The position numbers and the translations under genes were made by a program. Below, in pieces: positions 62,255 to 64,000 of a stretch of DNA of 64,000 nt (position 1 is its first letter; each line of letters starts with the position of its first letter). A model generated the notes under the pieces. It was not told where the DNA came from, searched no databases, and saw nothing but the letters and a program-made list of their open reading frames with translations. Origin of the DNA: Mobula hypostoma (lineage: Eukaryota); contig NC_086097.1 in assembly GCF_963921235.1 (NCBI RefSeq), forward strand, positions 14,446,001 to 14,510,000. The letters are read 5' to 3'.

Positions 62255-63375
62255 TCCAATAGCTCTTACTCATCCACATAACCTGTATCCAATCCACTGC
62301 TTTAAGTGTAGCTCCTAATTCCCCCTTTGGGCACCAATGAACAACTTTGCACAGTAAAGTAACAGAGTCCAAAGAGAAAATTCAGCTGAAAGATCGGTGC
62401 CTTTGTTAGTCTTGCAACAAATAAAATGAGTGGAACTCCCCAATAACTTTTCCCATTTTCATGCATTTACCTAGTTCTTTCCAGCTTATACATATGGGGC
62501 TGGAAATCCTGTTCTCATTGTTGCAAGAGTGATATCTCTCTTTCCCTTGCGGGTGAGGGAGAGCTTGTCTGAGATGTTGAAGTGTTGGGATGGACAGTAG
62601 TTTTTGATGGACTGTAGATCATGGGTTTTGCTATTGCTTGCATGGTTGGTAGTGGGGGGCTTGAAAGTGGGGGGGGGAGGAAGAGGGTTGATGCTTTTGC
62701 CGCTACCTGTGCGTGGGAGGGGGAAGGGAGCTTTAGGGATCTAATGTTTTCTGTCATTCATTCTTTGGGGATCTTTTTCTGTTTCGCGGATATCTGTGTA
62801 GAGTAAGAATTTCAGGTTGTATGCTGTATGCATTCTCTGATATAAAATGGAACCATTTGAACCATTTAGTCACTGGTGCTAAACTCACAGATAAGAAAAA
62901 AGGTCACACTGCTGTAGCTTACTTGAGGCCAAGTGACGTCCAAATAACCAAGTGGAGAACAATCCAATATATTGCACAAATGACTTAGGATTTGTTTCTA
63001 TGTACTGGCATTTCTTTACAGTTTACCAATGAACAATTTCATAATGTTCACAGGTCTCCCACACCATTCTGTAGTCCCAATAAAGAACTGTTTCTTCCAG
63101 TGATATTAAGCTTAGAGATGGCATCACAGAGCTGGGACCCTGGTATTAAATCTCAGGCTCCCAAGGCTAATCTGTGAACATGTCCACAGTTTTTTTTAAG
63201 TGTTTACAGTTCCATGTACACATGCATGCACAATGACAAACCTAACTTAATCACATAGATATCATGGTCAAGTTAGTTTCAACCTCTGGATCACTAGCTC
63301 AGTCATAAAGCCATCAGACCACAGTATCCCTGATCGTATGCAATCGTATATAAGCATGAAATATATACAAACCAT

Positions 63376-63885
63376 TTGATGTTGCGATGTTTGCCGAGCT
63401 TGGCAGTTAGCTTTCAGACATTTCATCACCAGTCAAGGTGACATCCTCAGTGCGCGGTTACTGGTGGTTCTCTCTGGGAGTGCTCGTGTTTCTATAGCAC
63501 CCCCCCCCCCCGTTCAGTTGCCTTAGTCCTGATTGGCTCCCCCTTCAGTTAACCTTTGAATTCTATTGGCTCTTAGGAGTTCGTAGATGGCACCTATTTT
63601 GATATGTTTGTTTACAGAGTTATCAGAAGAGAACTATGCTTCTAAAAACACTTTGAAGAGCCAAAGAAATGTGAGCCAATAGAATTCAAAGGTCAACTGA
63701 AGGGGTAGCCAATCGGGACCGAGGCAACTGAACGGGGTGCTATATAAACACAAGCACTCCCAGAGAGAAACACCAACAACTGCTCTCTGGGGATGTCACC
63801 TCGGCTGGTGATGAAACGTCTGCAAGCTAATTGCCAAGCACAACATCAAACGCCTCAACCCAAGCCACCAATATTCACCACCATC
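63376..63885 (-). mobile_element. Penelope-like element family 3: endonuclease C-terminus, terminal repeat and inverted arm
   Basis: The minus strand from 63648 reads FLEA*FSSDNSVNKHIKIGAIYELLR, resembling a PLE GIY-YIG end. Inverted arms at about 63376-63572 and 63673-63850. Flanking direct repeat ATATACAAACCAT at 63363-63375 and 63886-63898. Confidence 0.8.
63415..63453 (-). ncRNA. Minimal hammerhead ribozyme motif (PLE family 3), slightly decayed
   Basis: Minus strand: GCA-CTGAGGA-T-GTCACC TTGACT GGTGAT-GAAA-TGTC-TG. Confidence 0.6.
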
Positions 63886-64000
63886 ATATACAAACCATGG
63901 TTGTGTTCATTAGTATTGAGAGTCTACATTGCAAAGCCACACACCTCCAACCCAAATTTCACAGACAGAAGCCCCTTAAAGGGGAGCACAAGTCATCAGA

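Larger units (their letters stand above)
4395..64000 (-). other. BCL11B: Large repeat-rich BCL11B intron (at least 59.6 kb unless a short alternative exon is hidden)
   Basis: No further BCL11B-like peptide appears in the ORF track. Vertebrate BCL11B has a very long last intron. Confidence 0.7.

Overview
This is vertebrate genomic DNA, probably from a cartilaginous fish such as a ray, judging by its repeat families. The only host gene found is BCL11B on the minus strand. Its large terminal coding exon (4394..2389, six C2H2 zinc fingers) is followed by a long 3' UTR that runs off the window start. Everything from 4395 to 64000 appears to be intron. The intron is packed with CR1 and Rex1/Babar-like LINE fragments, HE1/V-SINE-like SINEs, RTE-like pieces, hAT and Tc1/pogo MITEs, a solo LTR and minisatellites, with several repeat-free candidate enhancers in between. 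The most striking signal is three distinct Penelope-like element (PLE) families whose terminal repeats carry minimal type I hammerhead ribozyme motifs (stem I-CUGANGA-stem II-GAAA-CGUC-stem I). These motifs have a palindromic ACGU in place of stem III. They also occur as tiny (about 110-230 bp) non-coding insertions with 9-14 bp target-site duplications, and in one case two such arms enclose a copy of nearby intronic DNA. All repeat assignments come from manual motif recognition, not database searches. Boundaries without a stated TSD are approximate.
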